NCBI RefSeq assembly: GCF_030684315.1
Contig: NC_081370.1
Span: 37,962,728 to 38,026,727, forward strand
Origin: Stegostoma tigrinum
Lineage: Eukaryota
Length of the DNA: 64,000 nucleotides
Direction: 5' to 3'
Shown here: in pieces, positions 28,301-42,330 of the stretch
How positions within the stretch are numbered: the stretch's first letter is position 1
Layout of the letters: each line of letters starts with the position of its first letter
Program-made: the position numbers and the translations under genes
Notes under the pieces: generated by a model
The model's database searches: none
The model's input: the letters and a program-made list of their open reading frames with translations, nothing else
What the model was told of the DNA's origin: nothing

Positions 28301-30379
28301 CTGGAAAAACAAGTCAAATACAAATTGGGTCCAAAATTCACTATTAATAAGCTGAAAGTTAATTTATACTTTTCACAGGAGTCATTTTAACTGACCCCCA
28401 AGCCCCTCCCCACCTGGCTGATGGGCAACATTAAGTTTTATTGTCCGCTAATTTCTTTCATCAAAATCTCACAGGCAGTAAAATGAAAAAGCCTGAACAC
28501 CAAGATTATTCCTACGGAAAAAATGCAGCACAGAAGGACCCCATTGTGCTTTTGCTGGGTCTTTGGAAAAGCTATCAATTAACTGCAATTCCTCAGCTCC
28601 TTCCCATGAACTTATGCATTTTCAAATATTTATCCATTTCCCCGAGAAGTCATTTTTGGGTCCAATTCCCTGCTTGTCCCAAAAACCTGCTGGACAAAAG
28701 ACAAAAAATGCTCTTAGCCTCTTCTTTTGTTCTTTTACTACAGCATCAGTGTAGTTAAGATAATTGGCAACATAACCAGAGGGGAAATGAGGAGACTTTA
28801 TTTAAGAAAGTGTATTATTATGCTTTAGAACGCAGCCTTATGAGCAGTGGAAACCAACTGAGTAACACACACAACTGGATAAGTACAGCACTTGACAGGA
28901 AATAATTTGCAGGGCTCTGTGTGGGGTAGGAGCAGAGGGAGTGGGGCCCATTAAGTTACTTTTCAATGAGCTGCCACAGGCAAGAGGGGCTGAACGGCCT
29001 CCTTTTGCACTGTACCATTTGATTGCATCATTCCACTGGCAAACTCATCAACTACATTAATTTCTCTCAAAAATCTTAACACAATGGAACATTTCTAATA
29101 GATCACCTTGCTACTTCAACAACAGGAGAGCCTTGATGCCCTCATTGTGAGGCTTTTAGTACTCAACCCATTCAGAGCAGAGCAATCTTCTCTCTATGTC
29201 ATTGACCTCCAGGTCTTCCTTAAGTTAATGCACTGAAAGCTGGGTAAAATGCTCAAACCGCATGCTAATCAATAAATTGTGTAGGTTTATCATCACAATA
29301 GAGATAGTAAAATAGAGTGGGAAAGCTAAGTGACATAATAGCTGAAATGACAACAGGTTTGGAGGGGCAATATGACATCTCAATTTACTATTGGAATACA
29401 GATTCAAAAACAGGACCAGATGATTGTAAGGTACATGTGAGTTACCACAAGTTCACAAAGACTTCCCCACTTTTCATAGAAAAAAATTTGTATCCAAGGT
29501 GGGGAGGTAATTAATGGAACAATACCTTTATTGAAAGATGTACGTGCAACGTCTCAGAGCACTTCACTGTAAGTTAGTTACTTTAGAAGGACAACTTCTA
29601 CAATTAGTTTTACACGTAACAAGGCTCCACAAATAGAAAAAAGTGTCATTTTCATAAAATATATCAAAACATGTTGCTAAAAAGGAGGGGTTGCTGACGA
29701 AAAATGTTAGCTCAAAGACTGGGAGAATTCACCTGTTATTTGGCACCAAAGCATTTTCTTCAGTTTATTTTAACAAGTAGCTGGAGCCACAATTTGATGT
29801 TCCAGCTCGATAAAGTTGCTTTGATTATGCAGCCTCCATCAAAAAAAATGTTATCCATTGAGCCATGTTGATAACAAGGACCTGCTCTTTAGGAGAGAAC
29901 ACTGAACACTGAGTTCTCTTATTCTAAACAGCAGACTGTACACGCAGTTCTCTTATTCTAAAGTGCACACTCATTATTAATCAGTTATATTATTCTGAAC
30001 ACAATTATGGGCACCAAAATGGATGATCAGTTGAATGCTGAAAGATTCTGATGCTGTAAATCTTTGCCTCCATTAAATACAGCATGGCCTGTCTAATTGA
30101 AACTCCATCCATAGCACAATAATCACATACTCCCTCCAACACCAGCACAACCTTGGTAGACTATGCACTCGCAAGATACACTGCTGCAGCTCACCAGGCC
30201 TTCTCTAATAGCACCTTTCACACCTGCAACCTGTTACCAAGATGAACAGCAGACTCACATTAACACCACCTGCAATTTCTCCTTCAAGTCACACAGCATC
30301 CTTATCTGGAAATTTAATTGTCATTCTTTTTCTGTCACTGGGTCAAAACTCCCTCTTTAACAATACAGTAAATGTTGCA

Positions 30380-30735
30380 CTGGGGAGGTGATGGCCTAGC
30401 AGTATTATCACTGAACAGTCAATCGAGAGACCCAGATAATGTTCTAGGGCCCCAGGTTCAAATCTCACCATGGCATACAGTAGAATTTGAATTTAATAAA
30501 TATCTGGAATTAAGAGTCTAATGATGACCGTGAATCCATTGTTGTTGATTGTTGGGAAAGCCCATCTGTTTCATTATTGTCATTGATGAAACTGTCGTCC
30601 TTACCTGGTCTGGTCTACACATGACTCTAGACCCACAGCAACTTGGTGGATTCTGAACTTCCCTCTGGGCAATTAGGCATGGGCACTAAATGCTGCTATC
30701 CAGTTGCACCCTCATCCCTTGAATGCATGAAGTAA
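30380..30735 (+). mobile_element. tRNA-derived SINE, second family
   Basis: A-box GATGGCCTAGCAG and B-box GGTTCAAATC. Reverse-complement copies at about 17135-17480 and 63160-63540. Confidence 0.7.
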
Positions 30736-31397
30736 AAAACCTCACTCATTGGCCAATGTCATCACTGCCTTGAAAGGCCTATTCTAGCGTTGGGCAATAG
30801 CGTCATCAAACGTCCTTCTAAGATCAAAAGTGCAAGCATTAGTGACATTCCCGAACCCTAATATTGAGTGAGAAATCATGAGTTTTTTTTTGGTGGGGAT
30901 TGGGGGGGCAGGAGTGTTGTTTCCACCACAATTTTGTACGAAAATAACAGCATGTAGCTGCTTCACTGATGAACTTGCAACAAATGAAAGTCAAAAGAGC
31001 ATGATCAGGGTAGTGTCAGAATGTTGAGACAGGCTGAAAGCAATTTTGGTGTTTGCTGTCCCCAATTTTTGCAAACCCAAAGGTGATCATTGACACTAGT
31101 GACATGAGGCAAAAGTGCAAACATTACTAGAAGATGGGTTAGGCATGGGGAAGCCAATTGAAAGTTTTTCTAAGAAATTAAATCAATATATAAAATAAAA
31201 TTTCAGTGGAAAAATAAACCCTAGAATTAATATTAGCTGTTATAGATTGATCATAAAATCATCTTTGTGGAAAAATTAAAAAAAAATATCAGACTATTTC
31301 AAAGATAATGGGAACTGCAGATGCTGGAGAATTCCAAGATAATAAAATGTGAGGCTGAATGAACACAGCAGGCCAAGCAGCATCTCAGGAGCACAAA

Positions 31398-31433
31398 AGC
31401 TGACGTTTCGGGCCTAGACCCTTCATCAGAGAG
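31398..31433 (-). ncRNA. Minimal hammerhead ribozyme motif, sense to the TBC pre-mRNA
   Basis: Identical core at 31402-31429. Confidence 0.75.
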
Positions 31434-32187
31434 GGGGATGGGGAGAGGGAACTGGCACACCTCCTCCCTCACCCCCATCCCAGGCCCCAAGATGACATTC
31501 CACATTAAGCAGAGGTTCACCTGCACATCTGCCAATGTGGTATACTGCATCCACTGTACCCGGTGCGGCTTCCTCTACATTGGGGAAACCAAGCGGAGGC
31601 TTGGGGACCGCTTTGCAGAACACCTCCGCTCAGTTCGCAACAAACAACTGCACCTCCCAGTCGCAAACCATTTCCACTCCCCCTCCCATTCTCTAGATGA
31701 CATGTCCATCATGGGCCTCCTGCAGTGCCACAATGATGCCACCCGAAGGCTGCAGGAACAGCAACTCATATTCCGCCTGGGAACGCTGCAGCCATATGGT
31801 ATCAATGTGGACTTCACCAGTTTCAAAATCTCCCCTTCCCCTACTGCATCCCTAAACCAGCCCAGTTCGTCCCCTCCCCCCACTGCACCACACAACCAGC
31901 CCAGCTCTTCCCCCGCCCCCCACCCACTGCATCCCAAAACCAGTCCAACCTGTCTCTGCCTCCCTAACCTGTTCTTCCTCTCACCCATCCCTTCCTCCCA
32001 CCCCAAGCCGCACCCCCAGCTACCTACTAACCTCATCCCACCTCCTTGACCTGTTCGTCTTCCCTGGACTGACCTATCCCCTCCCTACCTCCCCACCTAC
32101 ACTCTCTCCACCTATCTTCTTTACTCTCCATCTTCGGTCCGCCTCCCCCTCTCTCCCTATTTATTCCAGTTCCCTCTCCCCATCCCC

Positions 32188-32224
32188 CTCTCTGATGAAG
32201 GGTCTAGGCCCGAAACGTCAGCTT
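32188..32224 (+). ncRNA. Minimal type-I hammerhead ribozyme motif
   Basis: CUGAUGA-A-GGGU(CUAG)GCCC-GAAAC-GUC. The palindromic ACGU suits a dimeric stem III; helix I is weak. Confidence 0.75.
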
Positions 32225-32365
32225 TTGTGCTCCTGAGATGCTGCTTGGCCTGCTGTGTTCATCCAGCCTCACATTTTATTATCAGACTATTTCAATGCAG
32301 TTTTGCAGCCCTATCACCTAAACACTGTCTACATTGTGAGAAAGGAAACAAAGTAATTGTTGATG

Positions 32366-32550
32366 AGATAGTAGGAACTGCAGATGCTGGAGAATCTGAG
32401 GTAACACAGTGTGAAGCTGGATGAACACAGCAGGCCAACCAGCAGAGGAGCAGGAAGGCTGACATTTCGGAAGGGTCTAGGCCTGAGCTTTTCTGTTCCT
32501 AAGATGCTGTTTGGTCTGCTGTGTTCATCCAGCTCTACACCTCGTTATCT
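32366..32550. mobile_element. Fold-back PLE-terminus mini-element (family A)
   Basis: Inverted arms meet at TTTCGG|AAGGGTCTAGG. Degenerate 16-bp TSD AAAGTAATTGTTGATG / AAAGTAATCGCTGATG at 32350-65 and 32551-66. Confidence 0.85.
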
Positions 32551-33699
32551 AAAGTAATCGCTGATGCGAGCGAGGGAGAGCGAGGGAATGAGTGCATGCA
32601 AGTGTGCCTCAACTTAAAACATTTCTACACGTTTTAAAACGGCATCCCAATCCACTTCACGTATTATGAAAGTATGTCCATTATTATTACTTTTTTTTAG
32701 GACTACTGCTTAAAGATCCAAAGATGATGGAAGTACAGGTGTATTTTTGTTTTAAGGAAAGTTTAGAATTAGGATAAGTCAGATTTTATTTTAAAACAGT
32801 TACATGGAAATAACATTACAAGTTAACTGCTTAGATTTGCTCAGTTTATGGTTGTGAGGAGTTATGGATACTTGATATTGTTTGCCTGATTTACAGCCTG
32901 TTGAGAGAAGTAATCAAGCTCATCATCAGCCAGTTTTGACAGGTCTACTTAGAATCTGGTGTAAGAGCTTCCAGGAAGCTTCTGGAAGACTTCCTCACAA
33001 TATCTTGTTAATGAACTGTTTGTGAGAAAGATTCCAGTAACAATTACGTGTCTAACAACACAAGTCGGAGAGTTCCAAAATGTCATATCAAACACTATCC
33101 ATAATACATCATCTCATTTAGCTTTCTTCACAAAACAATTACTGGGATCAAAGCTCTTTCTGAACAGGGAATGTTCCTTCCATTTTTCTTTAAGTGATGG
33201 GTGCACTCATCCGTTATAAATATGTACCCTTTTAAATAAATAAGCTCATTGGCAGATTTGTATTGTGAATTGAATAGATTGGTATATTTCACTGGCTATA
33301 AGGATAATTGGGTAAAACATTTTTGAAAACTCCCTAGTAGAATAGCAAGACTTGAGAGAGTGAACTCCTCACACCTTACACATAACAGATGCTTACTCTT
33401 CATTCACTTTAAAATTTTTATTTATAAAAAGACTGCATTGCAGACTCTACAACTCCAAAAAGAAAACTTCTCAGTGTGTTCCCATATAAATGAGCATAGG
33501 TGAGCAGCCAATTAATACTCACCACTCATACTTACTATCCAACAGATATACAATTAGCACTCACTGAAGGAGTGCTGCATGGTCATGGATGTTGCTTTAT
33601 AACATTAAATTGAGGCCACATTTGCTTCTCTGATAGAAGGCTTCATAGCATTACTTTGAAGAAGAAACAAAGGAGCTCTGCCACTGTTGTGATTAAGCT

Positions 33700-34270
33700 G
33701 TGAAATTATGCCCCAGCTATACAAAAGCCTGGTTTGGCCACATCTGGAGTATTGTGTCCAGCTCCGGTCACCCCATTATAGGAAAGATGTAGAGGCATTG
33801 GAAAAGGTGCAGAGAAGATTTACCAGGATGTTACCTGGAACGGAGGGAAGGTCTTAAGAGGAGAGGTTGAGCACCCTAGGGCTTTTCTCTTTAGAACAAG
33901 GAAGGATGAGAGGTAACTTGATAGAGGTGTACAAAACGATCAGAGGTATAGATAGAGTGGACAGTCAGAGACTTTTTCCTGGGGTGGAGGTAGCTATTAT
34001 GAGGGGGCATGGTTTTAAAGTGAGCGGAGGTAGATATAGGGGAGACAACAGAGGTTGGTTCTTTACTCAGCATGGTCAGGGCATGGAATGCATTGCCAGA
34101 GAGGGTAATGGAATCGGCCTCATTAGGGGCATTTAAGCGGCTATCAGCTAGGCATATGGATGATAGTATAAGGTAGGAGTGGAGGTTAGATAGACCTTAG
34201 GTTTCGGGTAAAAATTCAACACAATGTGGGCCAAAGGGCCTGTATTATGCTGTACTGTACTATTCTATGT
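33700..34270 (+). mobile_element. CR1 LINE 3' end
   Basis: LGLFSLEQGRMRGNLIEVYKTIRGIDRVD, with tail GGGCCAAAGGGCCTGT...CTGTACTATTCTAT. Confidence 0.85.
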
Positions 34271-36270
34271 GCTATAGTATTTATCCCTCAGCTAATGACA
34301 CTGAAAAGGCACATTAACTGGATATTTCTTTGCTGTTTGTGGGACTGTATGAATTCACTTTCATGCTTCCTACATTATAGTGTACAACCCTTTAAAAATT
34401 TGCTGCGTTGGCTGTAAATAACCTTGGCACATACTGTGGTCACAAGAGGCCTGGAGAAATTCCATTCCTTCACTTCACAAATTTAAGTGCTGACGAGTTA
34501 TTTATTGTGCAGAATTCTGCGTGCCACACTATAAAACACAACAAGTTGTGGTATCCTAACCTTGGTGTTTGTGGCTGCCCACAACTCAATCACTGCCACA
34601 TCCTATACACATATGCTGTAAAGAACAAAGACACATCTGTTTTAATTAGAATGCAATCATTCGTATTCCAGCAGCTTCAGTGAACTGAGACTTTGAACTA
34701 AAACTCCTAGTTATTGTATTCTGCAAATCACAAAAAGCAACTTTTCAAAAGTTGGAAATGAATATGCAATCTCATTGCTACATCAGCACTAGAGAATTAC
34801 AGCTCAATTTCAGAAGCCTTTAATGCACCGCAAAACAGAACTTGTAAGCAGCTAACTCAAAGTGTAATTAAAATATTAGCTAATGTAAATATCCTTATCA
34901 TGCCAGGGCTAACTCATCCAAATTGACTTAGTTAGCCAATGCATCCAAATTGGAAGATTCTGTTTTGAGCTCAAAACATTCCATTGTCTGTTCCTCTGAA
35001 ATCTCCTTTAATAGTACACGACTAACTCATATATCCCCACTCTTATTTTGACATCTTTGACATTCCCAATTTTCAACATTTTACCAGCAGCCAGGTCTTC
35101 AGTTGCCTGGGCCGTAGACTCTGGAATTCTTGTCCTAAACCTCCATTAACCTTGTACCTCCCCCAAGATATTGCTCAAAACCTAGTACCTTGACCAAAGT
35201 TTGGTTACATGTCAAATTTAGTTTTGCAATGCACCTCATTAGAGGCACTATGCAAATATAGTTGCTGCAATATTTTATAGAATCAATTCCAAGTTAGGCA
35301 CTTCCAGGTCAGCAATAGGTTGCAGAGTGAGCTGGAGAACATGCCACTGGTTCCTACAATTGTAACATCATCTCTGCCTCAGCTCATTACAGTTCTTACA
35401 TTCCCATATTCTACCATGCTGGCATAGCCTTGATATGCCATTTGGAACTTTCCAAACTGAAATTCCACCTGCTGCTCTCCTCATCATTACCTTAAGGGAG
35501 GACAAATTAATTCCAACACAGTAATGGTTTTACCTTAGTTATATAGAATACAGGAGCAGCACAGAGGAATTTGGATAAACTATTGGCTGGTTCATGTTTG
35601 AAAGACTTAAAGATATTCAACTGTAAATGTTTTTGTAAAAGTAAAATCCACAACACACCTTTTCTGAAATGTGCAACTTATGCTGGAACACTACTGCCCT
35701 CTTTTGGCTAATAACTGTATACATATATAGAGAGGACCGGTGTTTCAGTCAAGTTCTCATATTTCTGCTCGAGGAGGGACTTCTGCAGAAACAGCAAAGG
35801 AGGGCTCAGGGAATCTGTGGAACCATTGTGGCTACTTAATTATTAACATTCTGCTTATGTTTTCCTTCATGCCCTTAAATTTTAAATCCACAAAGAGTAC
35901 ACACTCCCTGGAGATTGAATTGCTGCGGCATAAAGCAGGATACTTAACTGACACTATAGTTCCTCCATCCTTTCTTGACATAGTAGGAAGCTGATACTTA
36001 ACATCACGTAACTTTAAATGGCACACAAGTTTAAAAACAATGAGGCAGATTAATATTTCCATAATAATTCACAACACATGATGTCCTAAAGTACTCGACG
36101 GCCAATGGAATACTTCTTAAAAAGTGCAAGCACTGTTGTAATGAGAGAAACATACCTGCCAATTCACATACAGAAAACTCCTTCCCATAGTGACATGACA
36201 ATTTCTATGATACTTACCCTCATTAAAAGATGTACTGCATATATAGGAGAGAAACAGTAGTGGCTCTTAC

Positions 36271-36396
36271 CTTGGCAGTAGCCTATCTGGGGATTATACT
36301 TGGCATATGCAGAGAGGATCCTAAAAAGTTTCGCCTGGCCTTCTTTTGCTTCTGGATTTTTACCCATCAGGGAACAGTGAGTGGGAAATGATCTCT
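36271..36396 (-). CDS. TBC gene exon 5 (ERSFPTHCSLMGKNPEAKEGQAKLFRILSAYAKYNPQIGYCQ-G)
   Basis: Encodes the catalytic Arg (DVERSF) and the YxQ glutamine finger (GYCQG). TTGCAG acceptor and G|GTAAGA donor. 126 nt, phase 1 to 1. Confidence 0.96.
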
Positions 36397-39300
36397 CTGC
36401 AAGAAACAGAAATATTACAAAGAGTACTTAAAGGAATTGTCTGTTACATATTCCATAAAAATCTCCATATTTGTGCTCATAAAAATCACTAGCTTGTGGC
36501 TTGGTTCCAATAACTGCAGAAGAGATGGTAAATTCTAACCACACTGTTGTTTTTTTCAAAAAAAAACAACAGGAAAGACTGAACAGGTTGACATTACCCC
36601 CCAACCCCAGAAAATACTGAGGGATTACCCAATAGGAACATTAAATTCAACAGAGTAGATACAGATGTTTCTGTGGGTCATCAAAATGATGGGACAATGG
36701 GGGAATAAAGCAATATAGATTTCCTGAAACAAGTACATGTTGACAGTTAGAGACATGAACATATGAAAATATGAATGGATAGTCTAATATCACATTAGTT
36801 TGAATAGGATTGGATGATACAGTCACGTGTACAAACTTAGACACGAATTATGCAACCAGGCTTGAGTAGGGGTCACGGTGAGTAAGGTGTAATTTTTTAT
36901 TGGAAAATATAATCTGTTAGAATGGTCAATTGCAAGTTGACTGTGAAACCAAATTTAAACCTTGGCTGTTGTAATAAAATTTGACCCGCACACCATTTAC
37001 TTGATGTGTACATCTCACACATGAATAAATATTTAAAGAGCCAGAATCTTGTCTGGTCTTAGAGGAAATAAAAGGGTTAAACACGCTCTTTCAAAACTTT
37101 AGGGGGGCACGTATTAAAAAAAAGCATTTTTTTGTGACTATTAGAAATATCAAAAGGAATTACCAAGACTGATGAAAGATAAAAGTTCACTCCCACCTGA
37201 AGCTGTCACAGAGGAACAAATGTTATCAAGGGAAGATAGAAAGGAACACAAGAATATACAGTATTGATAGAATGAGATGGAGTAGAGTTGAATACAACCA
37301 TAGAGCAGTTGAGCTGAATAGCAGATATCTGCGTGTTATAATTCTGCTGCCCACATCCTAACTCATACCAAATACTATTAACCCAGCACAGTTGTGTTCA
37401 CTGACCCAGACTAGCTGAAAAAGTCCATCAATACTTGAAGTTTAAAATTCTCATCCACATTTTCAAATGTTTCCAATGTCCTTGCTTGGCTTTGTCTCTA
37501 ACATTGCTCAGTCCTACAACCCTCTGGGATCTGCGCTCCTCCAGTTTTAATGATGTGCACACCCCAACACTAGCATTACCAGCTGTGTAGTCAGTTACTG
37601 GGAAACTAAGCTTTGGAATTCTCCCTGCAAAAAATTTCTCCTTCATTTACAAGAAAAAGCTCCCAAAAACCAGAGATGCGTATAAGTTTGAGTAATTACG
37701 CTCCTGCAAAACATCTTTAAATGCTATGCCAGAACGAAATGATTTTTTTCAATAACCAAAATACTAATTAAACATCAAATTTATCAAATGATTTCATTGT
37801 TGCAAAAATAGAAAAAATAAACACGTAATCAACAGTATTTAATCGAGGGGACCTTCTTATTCCTCTAAAAAGTGAAATCTGAGGCAAAGAAACCTGAAAC
37901 AAAACACGTGTGTTGGGTTAGGGCTTGAAGTCACACATTTTGGGGTATGAATCCACTTTTGCTGCAACTGTCAGTTCAAACACAATTGGCTCCGACTTGC
38001 TGGGTGTGTGAGCCAATACAGTGGGAGGAGAGCAATTGGGTGAACAGTCATCACTTGGACCCGATTAAGGTTCAAGAAAGAAAGTGAAGCAACAGCAGAA
38101 AATCAGGCGAATTCAAATAGACACAAAGAAAGAAGGAAAAATTGACGAGGCGACAGAAAGGAAACAAGAATAACCAACATCTGACATTTTGAAATCAACA
38201 ATGTTTTAGTTATAGGAATCAGACTAATGGCTTAAATTGTTTGCTTTTTGAGCTAGAAGAGTTCATTAGTATTGCATGAATTATCAATCTATTAAAGGCT
38301 CTCAACTTCCAGCCATAATTTTGCTGCCCCTCTCTTTACCCATGCACTTGTATCAATTAACACCCTAGTCCTGCACTTCCTGTTTTGTTCTGCTTGTATA
38401 CCAGGCTTTCAAGCTAAATTCAGCTGTCAGAAAGGTGCAATGCTAACAAGGTCAGCATCCCGAATTGGCTTAAGGTAGCAGTTGATGAGCTGTTTTATTG
38501 ATCAATGGCAGCATACAGGTACACCCAGTGTTAAGGAAGGATTTCCAATATTATCTCTCCTGACCTTGCCACTCCAAACAGACCTGCATTGATCTCATGT
38601 TCATTTTTTTCATTGCAGCCCTGTCTATCCCAACAGTTCCTACTACCCTACTTCGTATCACCAGTCCTGTGATAATTCAGCTGTACTGCTCCCTCTTGAA
38701 GCAAAACAATGTTTGGCCACAGACTGTCTGCTGAGGACTCAAGTCAAAATACTCAGTGACTGGTTCACTTGTTCCACCCACATTTTCAGCACTCCTCCCA
38801 CCCCTTTTTCACATGCATCAGTCAACCATTGACCAGACAACACACCATTTATGTCAGCGTGGCATTGAGTAGCTGTGCTTGTGTTGTACTAGAGTTGGTA
38901 GCGTAAAGTTAAATCCTTACTTAAATTATAATTACTGATCAGTTATGGTCAACTAGCATGACACCAATCTGCAAATACTGAACATTATTTCAGACAGCCT
39001 ACTACAAACATGTTGTGCAATCAAATACATGGATTACCAATCACCAGGGAACATAGGTTCTGCTTCTCAGGTCACATTTAACATACTTTGTCATATATGC
39101 CACCACACAAGAACAGAAGAAACAGAAGTAGGTGCAGGCCATTCAGTCCGTCCAGTCTGGTCCTGCCACGGCATGACCAATCTCCTGTCCTATTTTCCCA
39201 AGGATCAAAAAAAAATTTAATTGATCTCAATCTGTAACGTACCCAGTGACCAAGGATCCAAAGTTCTTTGTGGTAAAGAAATCCAAATACACATACACAC

Positions 39301-39411
39301 ACCCCTTGATGGAGAAATGTTTCCTCTTAGTCCTGTACGTTTAGCCCTTTTGAACTTCATCACCTGTAAAGCAGGAGCAAAACCATCAAGATTACAACTT
39401 AGCCACCTTAC

Positions 39412-39604
39412 CAACATCTAGGACAATCTGTCTTAATGTTTCAATGGTGATCTCAGGGTTGTAATTAGGCATCAGGTTGGGAGCTGCACTGTCCGTTTCT
39501 GCCCTCTCTTTGTCTGCATTGTCCAGTGTAGAAATGGCCACCTGCACCCCATACTCATTCACGCCAAGGCTTGCCAGCTGACTGCGCAATTCCTGCACAT
39601 ACTC
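39412..39604 (-). CDS. TBC gene exon 4 (EYVQELRSQL...TLRQIVLDV)
   Basis: TTGCAG acceptor and G|GTAAGG donor. 193 nt, phase 0 to 1. Supplies IxxD of the IxxDxxR arginine finger. Confidence 0.92.
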
Positions 39605-41189
39605 CTGCAAGAAACGTTGAGTTGCTTTTAATCCAAATCATCAAGTTAATTTGTCCTCAAGCATTTCTCAATAAAACACCAGTTAGGCCTCAGCTTGAGC
39701 ATTGCGTTCAATTCAGTGCAATACATTTTAAAAAGAATAGCAAACTCCAAGGGAAGGTGTAGAGGGCACTTACTTTCTCAAGAGACGGAGTGTGACAGTT
39801 AGGTCTAACAGACAGGAGATGTTGTAAATGTTCGCCTAAAATCAGGAAAAGTTATGGAGAGATGTACACAAAAAGAGTGCTAAAAATTGAGAGATTGTTA
39901 CAGAGGAAATAAGGGAAACCCTCTTTCGAGTGGCTGAAGATTAGTAACTAAAGGACAACATTTTGAATTTTCGCTCTTGGGAGACAATTCCTCATCTCCA
40001 CCTTGTGGATGACGGCTTACTCCAAGATTATGGCCTCTGGTCCTAAATGCTCCCATAAAGGGGGAGAAAAAACAACCACTTTGCATCTAACTTGTCAAGC
40101 CTAAGTATCTCATGTTTCAATAACATCATCTTTCATTCTTCTAAGCTCCACTTAATACAGACCCCACCTACTCAACTTCTCAGAAAATCCTTCTATACCT
40201 GTGATCAACCTAGTCAATCTTCTCTCGACTGCTCCTTATGCCAGTACATCTTTCCTTAGGTTGGAGGACAAAAATCATTCGAGGTATGGTCTGGCTAGCG
40301 CCCTGAATAGTTTTAGGAATACTTCTCTATTTTTATACTCCATTGTCTATGAAATAAAAGGGTCAATGATGAATGTACCTTTCCTATTACCTGCTGAATT
40401 TGGATGCTATCTTTGAGATTCATGCATAAAAGGACACACTAACCCTTTGTGCTGCAGCTTTCTGCAGTCTTTCACCATTTAAATAATAGTCAGCTCTGCA
40501 TTTCTTCCTGCCAAAGTGCATAACCAGACATTTTCCCCATGTTACATTCCATCTACCAAATTTTCATTTACGTGATCTACCAGTCTATGCCACTCTGCCA
40601 AATGTCACCTTCAATAATTGCCTACCCACTTTTGTCTCATCTGCAAATTTGGTGGTGGCATATTCATTTGTCATTTGTCATTCATCATTCATGTCACTAA
40701 TATAGAATCACAAAATTCTTATAGCAGGCCATTCAACCCATCTAGTCCACACTGAACTTCTGAAGAACAGCCCAGCTTACACTATCCCTGTAATACTGCA
40801 TTTCCCAAGGCTAACACATTTAGCCTATTTACAATACATTTTGAGAACGCTTGTGACCTTACCACACTTCCCTGTTGTACTTCACTTGTTGTGGTTTACC
40901 ATCCTGAAAATACTCTCTCTACCTCTACTGTCTATTAGTTAGAGGATCCTGTCTATTCTAATAAACTATCCCTAATACCATGTTTTACCTTATTATATAG
41001 CCAATGTACGGTACCTTATCAAACGTCTTTTGGATTCCAAATATATTACATTGATTGTTTTCCCCTTATCTGTTTCCTCAAAAGAACTTCAATAATTGAG
41101 ACAGTGTTTGACTTTTATGAAGTCATGCTGACTGTTTTATTAACTAATCTCTCTAAATACACATCTAATGCATGCTTTTTAAACAGATT

Positions 41190-42330
41190 ATTTTAACAGT
41201 AACACACATGGATTTCCAGAAAGCTTTTGTTACAGTGCCACACAGATACACAATGAAACATATGCATCATGGTATAAAAGGGACCGTAACTATATGGATG
41301 CAAAATTGGCTGAATGATTGGAAAAATGTCACCGTGCACTACTGTTCCTTATCTGAAGGTAAGTTTATAGTGGAGCTCCCCAGGGGTTAATATTGGGACC
41401 CTTACTTTTCCTGGTGTATATTCATGATCTCAACCTTGGTGTGTAGAGGGACAATTTCAGGGTTTATAATTGACAAAATTTGGAAGGATTGTAAACAGTG
41501 AGAACAGTGTAGAACTCAAAAGGACATTGACAAGTTAGTGGAGTGGGCAGATAGGTGAGAGATGAGGTTCAATGCAGAGAAGTGGTGACAATGTACTTTG
41601 GTCTAGAGAACATTGAGACATGATATAAAATAGAAGGTATTCTAAATTGGGTGCAGGAGCAGAGGGGTGTGTGTATATGCACACAGATCATCAAAAGGTG
41701 GCAAGAAAGATGGAGAGAGAGCAGTTAATAAAGCATACAGTATGCTCAGCTTTATTAGAGGCAAAGAGCACAAGAGTAAGGAGGTGACGTTGAACTTATA
41801 AAAGGCACATGTTAGACCTCAGCTGCAGTACCATATATAGTTGCAGGCAACATGTTATAGTAAGCGTGTGAATGCACTGGAGACAGAGCAGAAGCAATTT
41901 ACAAGAAAGGTTCCAAGAATGGTAACCTTCAGTGATGAGGACAGAAAAAGTTGGGACTGTTCCCCTTGGACAGGAAGAGGTAGAGAGAAGATTTGATACA
42001 GGTTTTCAAAATCATGAGGGGGCTGGATCTTGCTCATGAAAGAAGTGAATGAGGGGAACATAGATTTAAATTGATATGCAAACAAAGCGAGAGTAATGCA
42101 AGAATAAAAACTTCTTCCCGTACTGTGAATAGTTAGAGCATGGAATGCACTGCCTGGAATTTTGGTGGAGGCAGGTTCAATTGAGGCCTTCAAGAGGGTG
42201 CTTCGTGAATATTTGGTTAGAAAGAGTGTGTAGGGTTTTTGGCAAGGCAGGAGATTGGTACTAGGTGTTAGAACTGGTAAATGTACCATAGGCTGAATGC
42301 TTCCTTCTGCCCTGTAACAATTCTATGACA
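41190..42330 (+). mobile_element. CR1 LINE relic
   Basis: MDFQKAFVTVPH, PQG.ILGP and RPQLQY remnants, plus a CR1 tail. Confidence 0.75.

Larger units (their letters stand above)
31303..32283 (+). mobile_element. PLE 3' fragment (GIY-YIG plus 3' UTR) with an inverted copy of its own 3' end at the 5' side
   Basis: 31456-32283 is near-identical to the reverse complement of 46278-47100. 31338-31455 is the reverse complement of 32166-32283. TSD TATCAGACTATTTCAA at 31287-302 and 32280-95. Confidence 0.93.

Noticed and set aside
29912-29962. Direct repeat AGTTCTCTTATTCTAAA
   Set aside because: A small local duplication with no further structure.
31840-31945. CRISPR-like or novel tandem array
   Set aside because: These are short C-rich tandem repeats at the PLE ORF end, also present at about 46620-46720, with no unique spacers.
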